Below, piece after piece: positions 13,536 through 27,285 of a DNA stretch of 64,000 nt. A program made the translations under genes and the position numbers. The stretch is taken from assembly GCA_951406725.2 (NCBI GenBank), contig OX597824.1, positions 5,456,001 to 5,520,000 of the forward strand, read 5' to 3'. Position 1 is the first letter of the stretch, and each line of letters opens with the position of its first letter. The notes below the pieces were generated by a model, which was given only the letters and a program-made list of their open reading frames with translations, was not told the DNA's origin and did no database searches. The DNA comes from Octopus vulgaris. Taxonomy: Eukaryota.

Positions 13536-14829
13536 TAATTTCACTGTTCGATAGTTAGGACAAATGACCGTGTGCATATCAGCCTTCTAATTATGAATAT
13601 AAGCCACTAATTACACTGAAATTGCAACACAACCCCACATTTATGCTAAAGTCATTGCATTATTAAAGAGCGTATCGCGCAAAATTATTTCAGAGCATAT
13701 TCATTTACAGGAAATACATTATTAATTGACTTTTAGATTAGAAATTTAATGAAAAATAGAGAGGTGTAGCATTTTGAATATTTAAGCAAAAATAATAAAC
13801 ACCTTCAGGTATTAGTAAAGTCCCTTTATTTATTCTTGAATTTTATGTGAGAAAGTTACAGCTATCTCGCAACTTAGAGCCTGGAGATTGTCAAAGAATG
13901 CGTTGATCTAACGAACGACTTGGTACGGCAGCAAAAGCTGATACACATTCTGTAGTGTGGTTTCAGGCGACTTATCTAAGTCTTATCTCAATCTTATATC
14001 AGTGATAATAAAAACGTTGATGTCTGGTAGCAGCGATAAGCTTCTTATCTATTGAGTAATTATATACTCTCATTTACTTAATTCTGCTCTGGACAAATCG
14101 TTGATGGCGCTGACCGTCATCAGTATTTGTCGAAGTACAGATCTTATCAAATTTTACTATCACTTAATTCGTCCTTTCATCTAATGTTATACATTTAGAG
14201 GTTTAATTATTTGACATAAAAGGCCGAATAATTTAACTTAGATACATCGTTGTATCAAAAACAACAATGCGTATTGACATCTATGTAAAATCTAAATTTA
14301 GCTTTTTAATATCCAAGTAGATAAAGATAACAGCCATACACTGTATCATTTCAAAGGAAAATTACGTATTCACTTGAAGAATTCAAGCTTAATTATTAAA
14401 ATCATATAAACGGTATTGTGGTACTGCTTGTATATTCTGAACAAAATAAGAAACATACTAACTCCCCCTTAAGCGATAGACATACATTTCAACTCAGTTG
14501 CTCTATATTATTCATTTATCGTTTTAAAAGAGGATAATTACTAAGTCTTGGAGAATTATTGTGAAAAAAACTGAAAGGAAACAGATTTTTCAAACTTACA
14601 GAAATTTAGAGTTAAAGTACTAAAGATTATATTGACAGAACTTTAGAAATACTAAATTGCTTAAAGCAATTTTTAATGTTCTACTGTTTGACGATTACGA
14701 ATATGAGTCGATAAATACTTAGATTAAACGGAACCTGGGGCGTCTAAATATTCGGTTTTACCGTATGTATTATTGAATGATTAAAACGACTATGGTTACA
14801 CATGTTACACACACACACCCACACACACA

Positions 14830-14879
<50 letters not shown>

Positions 14880-15004
14880 CATTGCTATTACATTAAGAGC
14901 AACATATGTATGAACAGTAATATGTGTGTAGACACACATATATGGATGTCCATACACGCACATATATATTAACCTATGCGTTTATGTGAAGTTATGTATC
15001 CCAA

Positions 15005-15320
15005 AAATTGAACAAGAACACAACGAAGGGCAATAAAACAACCGAACAGAGAGACGATGTTTAGACGGAGAGGAAAAAGAAGAAAAAACCGAAAGGAAAA
15101 ATCTAGAACGGGTCATTCACAAGTTCCTGTCATCAGTCAAATTATTCTTAAAGTTTCGGGCAGTTACACTTGAGACAGTTCACATCTGGCTGTCTCCAAA
15201 AATCTAAGGTAAGAGCATGAAATTTCTGGGAAGAAAGGAAGCGAATGTGTACAACAACAACGACAAAAAAATAACAACAGGTGTCTTTCGACTAATAAAG
15301 AAGAATCAATTTCAGCTGGT
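15005..15320 (-). mobile_element. Unclassified interspersed repeat (family F)
   Basis: Homologous to 35600-35950 (ggtcattc...tcagtc, aaatctaag.taagagc, aacaacaggtgt.tttcgactaa). Confidence 0.6.
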
Positions 15321-15381
15321 GTGTATAGAGTGAAAACCTTGAGGCAGGAGCATCGCGGCTGGCAGTCAAGTCATTTTGTAC

Positions 15382-15439
<58 letters not shown>

Positions 15440-15725
15440 GTGCGTGTGAGTATTTGTGTGTGTGTTTGTATGTGTGTGTGTAAAGAAGGCAGTGAAAACT
15501 TGGATTTTATATGTACCCTTGACTGCTGCAGTGAAGGTCCTTGTTAAAGATAGGCACTAGTGTTTTTGGTGACCGGTATGTAGCAAAACTTTTAAGTCAT
15601 TTCAGCCATTTAGTGTATATATATATATATATATATAATAAATATATAGGGAATGAATCCAAAATTACAGGGAAAAATCAGATTTAGGGTTAAATCCAAT
15701 TTTATAGTAAAATATTATATAATAT

Positions 15726-15968
15726 AATTCGAGACAAAACCACTATTTTAAAATCAAACAAGGAAAGACTTAATCAATACATAACATTTTAATATAAATT
15801 AAATAAACCGCCACTACAATTGTTTCCTGTCCTCTACTGACATTCTTCAGGTGGATTTTCGATCTTCTAATCAGTATCAAATTAGGTTTATTTAATTTAT
15901 ATTAAAATTTTATGTATTGATTAAGTCTTTCCTTGTTTGATTTTAAAATAGTGGTTTTGTCTCGAATT
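15726..15968. repeat. Inverted repeat element in (TA)n, hammerhead in spacer
   Basis: 84-bp near-perfect arms 15726-15809 / 15885-15968. Confidence 0.9.
15811..15854 (-). ncRNA. Minimal type I hammerhead ribozyme
   Basis: Minus strand CCAC-CUGAAGA-A-UGUC-aguagag-GACA-G-GAAAC-AAUU-GUA-GUGG; stem I CCAC/GUGG, palindromic stem III ACAAUUGU. Confidence 0.85.
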
Positions 15969-15969
15969 T

Positions 15970-16018
<49 letters not shown>

Positions 16019-16197
16019 TATGCAGATATATATATATATATTGAAAAATACAAAATATAGATAATTTATCCTGTTCATGTTATATTATTAGCATTATCCT
16101 GCGTTTGAAAATAGAATTATTTCCTTATCTGTATCTTTCAATGCGTCTCAACGCTTCTTAAGCAAACTTTGTTGACTTTCAAAAAAAAAAATATATT

Positions 16198-16267
<70 letters not shown>

Positions 16268-16665
16268 ACAAAATACAAAGTTATATCTTGAGATCGTTAG
16301 TGATAACAATACTCAAAATGTATAACAGACTGGAATTGTAGTGCTCCTAACGAGCCATATTCCACTTGTTAATCTGAGGGGATATATTATATATATATGA
16401 TATCAGGGTAGGAACGATTTTAGTAATTTTTACTACCAGTAGACTAACATGTAGAAAACTAGTCAATAGACCATATATTATTCATATAAATACAGTGTAC
16501 ATTTAAACACATAAGCGATGTCCACAATAGGACATCTAACACGCTACAAGGAGTAGCCAAAATCCAAACCATTATTAGGGATAATTAAAACAATGCAAAC
16601 GCATTGTGACCAGCGATGTGTAGCAACATCTGATGGTCTGGTCGGTCACGTGATCACGTGATATA

Positions 16666-16702
<37 letters not shown>

Positions 16703-16996
16703 ATTTATGTATATGTACACATATATATTTATGTATATATGTCTATAAGTAACAAATATATAATAGCACGTGGCGGTCGGTGCCTTAATGGTTAGAGTGT
16801 TCAATTTGTAATCATACGATTGTGGTTTCAGTTCCTGGAGCGGGCAATGTGCTGTGTTCTTGAGCAAAACACTCCATTTCACGTTCATTCAGTGTCCACT
16901 CAACTCTGTGTGTACGTGTGTGTGTGTGGGTGGGTGGGTGTTTATATATATATAAGTTGCAAATTATATTACATACGCATGATAAAGAATCATATA

Positions 16997-17171
16997 GGCA
17001 CAGGAGTGACTGCGTGGTAAGTAGCTTGTTAACTAACCACGTGGTTCCGGGTTCAGTCCTACTGCGTGGCACCTTGGGCAAGTGTCTTCTATTATAGCTT
17101 CTTGCCGACCGAATCCTTGTGAGTGGATTTGGTAGACGGAAACTGAAAGAAGCCCGTCGTATATATGTATG

Positions 17172-17206
<35 letters not shown>

Positions 17207-17415
17207 TTGTGTGTTTGTGTGTCTGTGTTTTTTTCCCCCACCATCGCTTGACAACCTATGCTGGTGCGTTTACATCCCAGTAACTTAGTAGTTCGGCAAA
17301 ACAGACCGAGAGTATAAGTACTAAGCTTACAAAGAATAAGTCCTGGTGTCGACTTGCCGGACTAAACGCGCTGCTCCAACATGGCCGCAGTCAAATGCCT
17401 GAAACAAGTAAAAGA
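16997..17415 (+). mobile_element. SINE family A
   Basis: Full-length homology. Confidence 0.9.
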
Positions 17416-18397
17416 AAAAATGAGTAAAAGAATACACACGAAGTGTTCCATTATTTTTAAAATTGAAACACGACCTCTCTGTCGATGCACATTTGGAACT
17501 AAACGGATGGTTATATAAGTGTGAGTATAAGTTCGCCAATAATAGATAGTGCTTGTTCTCAGATAAATTATTCCGATATTATTAGTTCTCAGATAAATTA
17601 TTCCCTTGTGAATAATACAACATAGGTACATAATAAATATATTTAGCAAGACTTATAGATTAATTGTATTCTATTTTGTATATACTTTATACACGCTAAA
17701 TATAATACCGTGGTGGGGCGAGGGGCAGCATGTACTTAATATAATGATTTCCAAGACTTTGATTAATCGCCAATATCTATGCAATTAAGGAAGAAATAAG
17801 GTCATATTATGTTGTATTTATTTGAATAAATACATTAATTTTCAGTGCAGGCACCTGAAGGGATAACAGTTTAAATGATCGATGGGAGAACACTGGAGGA
17901 AATAGTTGTGTAAATAAGCAGAGTTTGACAACGAACAGATGTGGAATAGTAGATAAATAAATAAATATTAGGTAAGTAAATAAATAAGAAATTAGCAGCC
18001 ATTGAAAAGGAAGTGTTGTTTAGATACATCGTATATAAAATAGAAAGCTAATGAAAATTATGGTGATGCGGTTTTCAGCGTTTTAAGAGAAATAAAATAA
18101 ACAGTGAAAGAAACGAAAAAGTAGAAAGTAATAGCAACGCAAGAAATGAAAGACTTCATCAGATACGGATCACTTATTGGCTTAGGAACAGCGAGATACA
18201 ATCGGTAGCAAATATGAGAGCGGGGCCGCTTATCAACTTACAAAACTTATAAGACTTCATACTCCAGCTTCACAGCAACCCAAACGCTGAACCCAATTAT
18301 AAAATATTAGAAGAGATTTATATTTAAATTACAAGCACTTCAGATATAGCTCTAGATTAGACTATGGATAATATATCTACATATACATATACGCACA

Positions 18398-18783
<386 letters not shown>

Positions 18784-18785
<2 letters not shown>

Positions 18786-19427
18786 ACGACTCCTTCCTTC
18801 AAACGGGAAGGAAGAGCTATTTTGTGGCTATGGCGAAATAATGTATCTGGTGGACGCGTCTGAAAGGATTGGAGACAAACACTTTCCTCTCTGGTCAATC
18901 TCTCATCAACTTCTTCAAGTACCACTTGAAAAGGAAAGTGAGAGTAGAGAGGCAAGTTTTGTCTAGCGAATGTTTTAAAAAAAGATGGGTGAATGTAGCA
19001 AGAATGGCACGTATGAATGACGAAGCCACCTTGAGCATAGTCCTATGAACCCAGAAATCGAAAACAGAGAGTTGCTTATTTGCAAAAAAAAAAAAAAAAG
19101 AAATATAAAATGTGACATCATTGACCGAGGTTACCGTGGTCTTTTCCGTAGGCTTTTCTTTGCACGGGTAAACCTCACCTGTCCTCCCCTTTACACTTCA
19201 TATTGACATTTCTGTGATAACGATCCCTATTGATCAATTTTTTTTCCTCCTCCTTTTTTTTAAACCCCCCTTTTTTTGTCCTCTTTCTCTCCTTTTACGA
19301 TCCCTTTTGATCGAAACTCCCCCTTCCTTTTTTTTTTTTTTTTTTTCTTAAACCTTCAAAAGAAAAGCTCTACCTTGTAATTTGTTCTATCTGTGTGCAG
19401 CCCTGTGTGGCTAATAAAGAAACAAAC
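18784..19427 (+). mobile_element. Second, shorter copy of the same LINE 3' end
   Basis: Near-identical to 19763-20415 with an ~11-bp deletion; flanked by (TATC)n/(TACC)n. Confidence 0.85.
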
Positions 19428-19428
19428 A

Positions 19429-19502
<74 letters not shown>

Positions 19503-19567
19503 CCTACCTACCTACCTACCTACCTATCTACCTACCTACCTACCTACCTACCTACCTACCTACCTAC

Positions 19568-19660
<93 letters not shown>

Positions 19661-19661
<1 letters not shown>

Positions 19662-20415
19662 CGTTCAGTGTCCAACAATTTCCGACCTGTGGGCTTATGT
19701 CGAACAACTGCTGTCACGTGTGGGACGAGTCGGTTTATCAGCTGAGTCTATCGTCAATATTGTCACGCCTCCTTCCTTCAAACGGGAAGGAAGAGCTATT
19801 TTCATCATCCTTGTGGCTATGGCGAAAGAATGTATCTGGTGGACGCGTCTGAAAGGATTGGAGACAAACACTTTCCTCTCTGGTCAATCTCTCATCAACT
19901 TCTTCAAGTACCACTTGAAAAGGAAAGTGAGAGTAGAGAGGCAAGTTTTGTCTAGCGAATGTTTTAAAAAAAGATGGGTGAATGTAGCAAGAATGGCACG
20001 TATGAATGACGAAGCCACCTTGAGCATAGTCCTATGAACCCAGAAATCGAAAACAGAGAGTTGCTTATTTGCAAAAAAAAAAAAAAAAGAAAATATAAAA
20101 TTTGACTTCATTGACCGAGGTTACCGTGGTCTTTTCCGTAGGCTTTTCTTTCCACGGGTAAACCTCACCTGTCCTTCCCTTTACACTTCATATTGACATT
20201 TCTGTGATAACGATCCCTATTGATCAATTTTTTTTTCCTCTCCCCCTTTTTTTTTAACCCCCTTTTTTTTGTCCTCTTTCTCTCCTTTTACGATCCCTTT
20301 TGATCGAAACTCCCCCTCCCTTTTTTTTTTTTTTTTTTTTTAAACCTTCAAAAGAAAAGCTCTACCTTGTAATTTGTTCTATCTGTGTGCAGCCCTGTGT
20401 GGCTAATAAAGAAAC
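19661..20415 (+). mobile_element. 5'-truncated Tx1/L1-clade LINE 3' end in (TATC)n
   Basis: Open ORF2 C-terminus [17 protein letters not shown]...AKECIWWTR...FKKRW...* (stop 20035-20037), pyrimidine-rich 3'UTR, AATAAA, then (TATC)n. Confidence 0.8.
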
Positions 20416-20416
20416 A

Positions 20417-20505
<89 letters not shown>

Positions 20506-20743
20506 GTCTGTCTGTCTTAGTCATTTCTTTAGTCATTGCGCAGTCATCGCTTATAATGTAGTGGGGTCTAAAGAACTCTTCCAAATGAGCCATCCATATC
20601 TCAAAGACTGCACGTTCAACTGGAAAGATGTGTATTGAGCGTAGTGATGCGTGCATGGATATATATGCGTGTGTATCTGCGTGTATGCGTAGACATATAT
20701 ATGTATATATGTGTGTTTGTATGTATATGTACACGCGTGTGTG

Positions 20744-20803
<60 letters not shown>

Positions 20804-20922
20804 ATGTATGTGTGTGTGCGGATATGTGTGCATACGCAGATTCTATGAACGAGGTATTAATTTGTCCATGCCTATTGGAGTAATTTACCTTATTCAACGG
20901 TATTCTTTCATATCGCTTGTCT

Positions 20923-20985
20923 TAATAACTGATGAGATGCCGGAGCAGACTTCAGCCGCGGTATCCAAAACTCTGAGCTTTATTA
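20923..20985 (+). ncRNA. Degenerate hammerhead relic
   Basis: UAAUAA-CUGAUGA-GAUGCCG...CGGUAUC-C-AAA-ACUC-u-GAGC-U-UUAUUA; 6-bp stem I and 7-bp stem II retained, G12 and U16.1 mutated. Confidence 0.5.
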
Positions 20986-21110
20986 TGACAACCAACTAAT
21001 TGTCACATATTATATTTATAGATAAATACCTCTATTTTACATAATATCGAGGTCTCATTCATTCTTTTGTTGTCATACTATTATTATCATTATTATTGTT
21101 GTTGTTGTTG

Positions 21111-21203
<93 letters not shown>

Positions 21204-21344
21204 TTAACGTTAGTGTAAATTGTTGCACACTTGTCGAGAATACATGAAAGTGTGATTTCGAGTCACATGCGTACACCAAACCCTAATTTTGTCCCAATTT
21301 TAGTCAATGCATGATGATACCATAGAAGCTTTGAGCTTATAAAA

Positions 21345-21762
21345 TATTTCTTTCTTTATTGCCCACAAGGAGATAAAAATTGAGGGGACAAACAAGGAGA
21401 GACAAAGGGGTTCAGTCGATTAAATCAACCCAAGGGCGTAACTGGTACTTATTTAATCGACCCCGATAGGATGGAAAGCAAACTCAACCTGGGAGTTTGA
21501 ACTCAGAACGTAACAGCAGACGAAATACGCAGTTCTTTACTACCCACAAGGGGCGAAACACAGAGAGAACAAACAAGGACAGACAAAGGGATTAAGTCAA
21601 TTACATCGACCCCAGTGCGTGACAGGTACCTAATTTATCGACCCCGAAAGGATGAAAGGCAAAGTCTACCTCGGCGGAATTTGATCTCAGAACGTAACGG
21701 CAGTCGAGATACCACTGAGCATTATATCCGGCGTGCTAACGATTCAGTCAGCTCACTGCCTT
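21345..21762 (-). mobile_element. SINE family B, tandem dimer
   Basis: Two colinear units, junction near 21530. Confidence 0.88.
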
Positions 21763-21779
21763 CAGCTTATACAATTTTA

Positions 21780-22095
<316 letters not shown>

Positions 22096-22182
22096 AGATA
22101 TTTTCTACTAAAATTCTAGGTATTGAACCAGTATTTCATTGGATGAAACCATCCCTTCATGAAGTTAACACAACTTCTAATT

Positions 22183-22227
<45 letters not shown>

Positions 22228-22259
22228 ATAAATATATATATATATCCATATATATATAT

Positions 22260-22294
<35 letters not shown>

Positions 22295-22646
22295 TGGATA
22301 TACATATGTACATACATTTGTTTGCACATAAAGTTGTGTGAGTACACGCATGTAATTGAGGAACAAACATAAATTCAATCCATTTGCTACGAAATGCAGC
22401 GAAGCATAAAGTCGATCATAAACTCACACCAATGATTTTACGTCAATCTTCAGCCATGATCGCCAGCTTACTGCTATAGTATTCATTCATTAAATTCTGA
22501 ATACACTTATTTACTAATTCGGTTTCTTCGGTTCAGTCAGTGAAGAATGATGTTGTCTGAGTATAAGCATACATATATGAATTCATCCATTCAAAACTGT
22601 CTAAATCAAATCAATATAAGTAAACATACTGAGCAGAGGACCATAC

Positions 22647-22677
<31 letters not shown>

Positions 22678-22999
22678 CATACATACATACATAGATATAT
22701 ACATACATACATACATACATACATCCATGCATGCATACATACATACATACATACATACATACATACATACATACATACATACATAGATATATACATACAT
22801 ACATAGATACATACATACATAGATACATACATACATATATATACATACATTCATACAGACAAACACACACGCACACATATAGGGTGCGATAAGAAAATTG
22901 TCGCCATTAATGATTTTAAATTGCCTTTATTCCCATAGTTTGTTTTTGATTTTGTAGACTACAGTGTAGTAGGGTCATTTGTATATATGTATATATATG

Positions 23000-23091
<92 letters not shown>

Positions 23092-23281
23092 GTGTGTATA
23101 TATTCTGTCTTCTTTCTTTTCCTTCCTCCTTAATATAATGCATGTTCTTCAAAATATCCTACCCTGATGTTGTCCATTTAAAAACGCAATAAATAAAAAA
23201 ATAAAAAACAAACAAACTGCGGGAACTTAGTTGCCAACCCAATGTATATGTATATATATATGTAAATATGTATATATGTAA

Positions 23282-23344
<63 letters not shown>

Positions 23345-23346
<2 letters not shown>

Positions 23347-24087
23347 GTATTTTTGTGGTTGAAACCTTTGGATTAACTGGTGCTAGAGTGAGCCATATAG
23401 TGACCACTCTCTTATATTTATTTTGTAAAAATATTATAATATATTATAAAATATTATAATAATACAGGTTTCTCGGAGCACTAGGCCACTTGGTGTTGAA
23501 TAGATATACTATTAAATTAGTATCTAATACTCTCACCCTTATTAATTGATTATAATTATGCTGCATTTATTTCTAAATGCTGTATTTGTTTTCCGTGAAA
23601 GTTTGGCGCGCTGTTAGTTGGGGCATTTGAATTATAACGTCGGATGTAATCAATTGAATCACACGCGTATTTATCGTTATGGTAAAATCTGGCGTGTGAT
23701 TGAGTGGATTTCATCCAGATAGTTTTGGCTGACGAGCTACAAGTGGATTTTTTTGTAAGTAAAATTACATTTAATTCATTAATAGCGAAACAATTGTCCC
23801 AAAATAATCTGTATTTTTGTTATTTTTTATTTGCCCTGTCCGTGTGAGCTAACAATCGTACTGACTTTCATGGGAAACATGTATTTTTGTGGTTGAAACC
23901 TTTGATTAACTGGTGCTAGAGTGAGCCATATAGTGACCACTCTCTTATATTTATTTTGTAAAAATATTATAATATATTATAAAATATTATAATAATCCAG
24001 GTTTCTCGGAGCACTAGGCCACTTGGTGTTGAATAGATATACTATTAAATTAGTATCTAATTCTCTCACCCTTATTAATTAATTATA
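23345..24087 (+). mobile_element. Partial-tandem (pLTR-like) hammerhead-bearing element, Penelope/retrozyme-like
   Basis: ~210-bp direct repeats 23345-23554 and 23879-24087 (period 534), hammerhead between them, (TA)n on both sides, no ORF. Confidence 0.75.
23723..23804 (+). ncRNA. Type I hammerhead ribozyme (intact core)
   Basis: Stem I UUUUGG/CCAAAA, core CUGACGA (23729-23735), stem II GCUA/UAGC around a 43-nt loop, GAAA (23787-23790), palindromic stem III ACAAUUGU, cleavage triplet GUC (23796-23798). Confidence 0.9.
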
Positions 24088-24603
24088 TATATATATATAT
24101 ATTTGTAAGGTGGTTCATTTTATCAGCAGATACACAAATGTACCGGTTTAAGTTTGACAGGTTATTTCGTATTGGAATTCTTTTGCCACAAAAGTGATTC
24201 TCTTGGAACGGATTAAAGGAATTTTCTGTCACTGCTTATCTTAATATGTCGGTATCCATAACGTACGTAATTGCATATATACGTGTGGCTAAGCTCTTAT
24301 CTTTGCATGTATGTCTTTTGTGCGTATTTGTGTTGGTCGCTGTGCGTATATATCGGTGAGTGGTCATGTGAGTATTTACTGTTTGTTACGTCATTGCTTT
24401 CTCATTTTTTTTAAAATACGGATGACACCGCTTATTGCAGTATTATCGATTGACATATCCGTCGCAATGGTCATGCGTGTGGCTGTCAACTAAACTGAAT
24501 TTAATTCATGGCGATGTCACCATTACATAATTGGCAGTGATTACGAGTGTGGATATTACCGTCTTTTCATTTTCCTTTTACTTATATATATATATATATA
24601 TAT

Positions 24604-24823
24604 ATAGAATGGTTGTATACTGTCAATCTAACACGAACGTGACAGTAGGGGGTACACCACCGCTGTTTAGCCCTAGGAAGCATCGACGAGCCTCCTGATG
24701 GCTTTGACACATTTTTCCTGTGTCCTTATATACATTTACGTCGATGCTTCCTAGGGCTAAACAGCGGTGGTATACCCCCTACTGTCACGTTCACGTTAGA
24801 TTGACAGTATACAACCATTCTAT
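24604..24823. repeat. Inverted repeat element in (TA)n
   Basis: 85-bp arms 24604-24688 / 24739-24823, 50-nt spacer; no full hammerhead core found. Confidence 0.9.
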
Positions 24824-24872
24824 CGCCCCACCACCGTACATATCTCTACGAGAGATTTAGAAATTTAGTATT

Positions 24873-24931
<59 letters not shown>

Positions 24932-25599
24932 TATATATATATATCTGTAGCACTATCTTGCCAATAAATTATTGCCATCAATGTCATTGTGCATGCATGT
25001 ATGTATGTTTGTATGTATGTGTGTGTGTATGTATGTATGTATGTATGTATGTATGTATGTATGTATGGATGGTTGGATGGATGGATGTATGGATGGATGG
25101 ATGGATGGATGGATGGATTGATGGATGGATGGATGGATGGATGGATGGATGGATGGACAGAAGCAGTTTCCGAGGCAATCGTGACAAACTTGTGACTCTG
25201 GTACAGAAAAAAAAACAAGGACTGAGCAGCCCATTAAACCTAACCATTCGAGAAGACACTCAGCCTTTATAGTAATTACAGAATTTGCCTGACTAATGTA
25301 TCAACTGGAAAACTAAGGTCTTAGATTACGGTATGAGGGTTTTTTACAGGGTAGTGTAATGACATGACTCAATGTAAAAAGTACAGAGAGGGAGAGAGAG
25401 AGAGAGAGGAAGAGAGAGAGAGGAAGAGAGAGAGAGAGGAAGAGAGAGAGAGAGAGGAAGAGAGACACAGATATAAAGAGAGAGATAGTGAGAAGACACG
25501 GTATAGACAGAATGAAAAGAAACCATCATACATACTCTAAGTGTGGAATCCAGAAGAAAAAAGAGAACCAAACGCCCTTAGATGTACCGATAAAGAATG

Positions 25600-25990
25600 T
25601 TAGAAGAGAAATCCAATTTACGCACCCGCAGGACTTGGCTAAGTTAAAATACTGAATTACTGCTCGGCTACACACACGAAGCTCCTATTGTTTAGATACT
25701 GATAAATGCGTCCCACGACAAGGGAATAAAGAGAAAGTGTTGAAAAAATGGCCATTGTTTGGAAATAAAAGCGATCATGTTTAGGAGCTGAAGCTGCCTT
25801 GCTAAAACTAAAAGGAGCAAGTGGTGAACAAAACGAGTTGCAGAGTTGACGCTGAGAAAAGATATCAAATTATGGGGGAGATCAAAGACGAGATAGCACG
25901 CGCCTCACTTGCCCTCCTGGGGTCTGCATGGGCAAGATTTGCTAGAGACAGATCTTTGTGGCGACAGATGAGCTGGCGGTGGTTACTCTA
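25600..25990 (+). pseudogene. Degenerate RTE-clade LINE 3' remnant
   Basis: W*TKRVAELTLR...GRSKTR* and AWARFARDRSLWRQ match the RTE C-terminal GRP.RW / W...A.DR..WR pattern. Confidence 0.6.
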
Positions 25991-26926
25991 GGGGTGCTGC
26001 ATATCCTGAAAGAAATTAAAATGTTGTGTTGCAATATATGAAAGAAGTGAAAATGTTGCATTCCGGAATTTGCCTGTTGTTTCAGCAAAATTGAATATTG
26101 ACTATCAGCGTTCAAATCAAGCCATTGTATTCCCTTAAGAGTTAGTCTTCTGTTTACTCCACATAGTGTCCAATGTGTTTTCTTTTTTTAATGATCATGA
26201 GGCCGATAATTTTTGTATGAAATTCCCTGAGACGTTAATAGAATACCGGTTGAAAGTTGAGATGGTTAAAGTGATAGATGCAACAAACGACGAAATGATA
26301 TGAAATCAAATGAGATGGAAATAGTAAAAAAATAATGAAATAAAGAATACCTTTATCCTTAATAAATACCTTCTCAATGAATTTTATGTAAAAAAATCAT
26401 CGGCTTCATCATAAGAAAAATAATCATACTTTACTTGGAACAATCATACTTTACGGCATTCAGATATATTCAGTTACACTTCGTGTTCAATTTACGACAG
26501 TGCCGACAAATAAGTACTAATGCACTAATGACTGGGTTGAAACATCTTATCCATACATTTTACCCAAAATATGTGAAGAAACAAAAACCTGTGTAAAAGA
26601 ACATTGATAATAATGCGTACACAGCTGCAAAGATAAATTGTATGTGCAATGAAGTCCTGCGTCGGTTTCAATTATCTGTTGTAGTTCTATTCTCTTTACA
26701 TTCAGTACTGTTTGTTAGAAAGGCATGATTGTTGTAGCTTCCCATTAATCTATTCTCATAATACTGAAGCCTTCTTAGAATCTATTTCAGTTTCTAGAAT
26801 CAAGTTTCTTTTGGCAAATACATTCCTCTCTTCTATCAAATAATCACTTTGTCGTTGTGCGCCGTCAAGTCAGCAATAACTAAACAGGCGTAGGGTCAAA
26901 TGTATTCCATCGTTGAGCATTCCGTA

Positions 26927-27070
<144 letters not shown>

Positions 27071-27285
27071 CGAGAAGGTGCTGACAAATTCCTGATTTAA
27101 AGGGTGTCGCGAAGGGCCTGGCTGGAGGTCCAAACTTCCGAGTTCTTTTACAAGGTTTAGAAAACTGAAGGGCCGCTATAATAAGTGCGTGAAACTGAGA
27201 GGGGAACGTGTTGAATAAAATCATAATTAAAAGATCCTCCTCTATTTTCTTTTATCAAAGCCAGGAACTTTTCAACAGTCACTCG
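27071..27285 (+). mobile_element. Mariner-derived MITE
   Basis: Imperfect TIRs (cgag..gtgctga.aaattcctg / ccaggaacttttcaacagtcactcg), TA flanks, remnant GLEKLKGRYNKCVKLRGERVE* of the transposase C-terminus. Confidence 0.8.

Noticed and set aside
17555-17603. 20-bp direct repeat gttctcagataaattattcc
   Set aside because: Simple local duplication with no other support
26640-26880. Possible Penelope GIY-YIG remnant (also 53960-54345, 57420-57700)
   Set aside because: Only faint motif resemblance with many stops; needs a profile-HMM search
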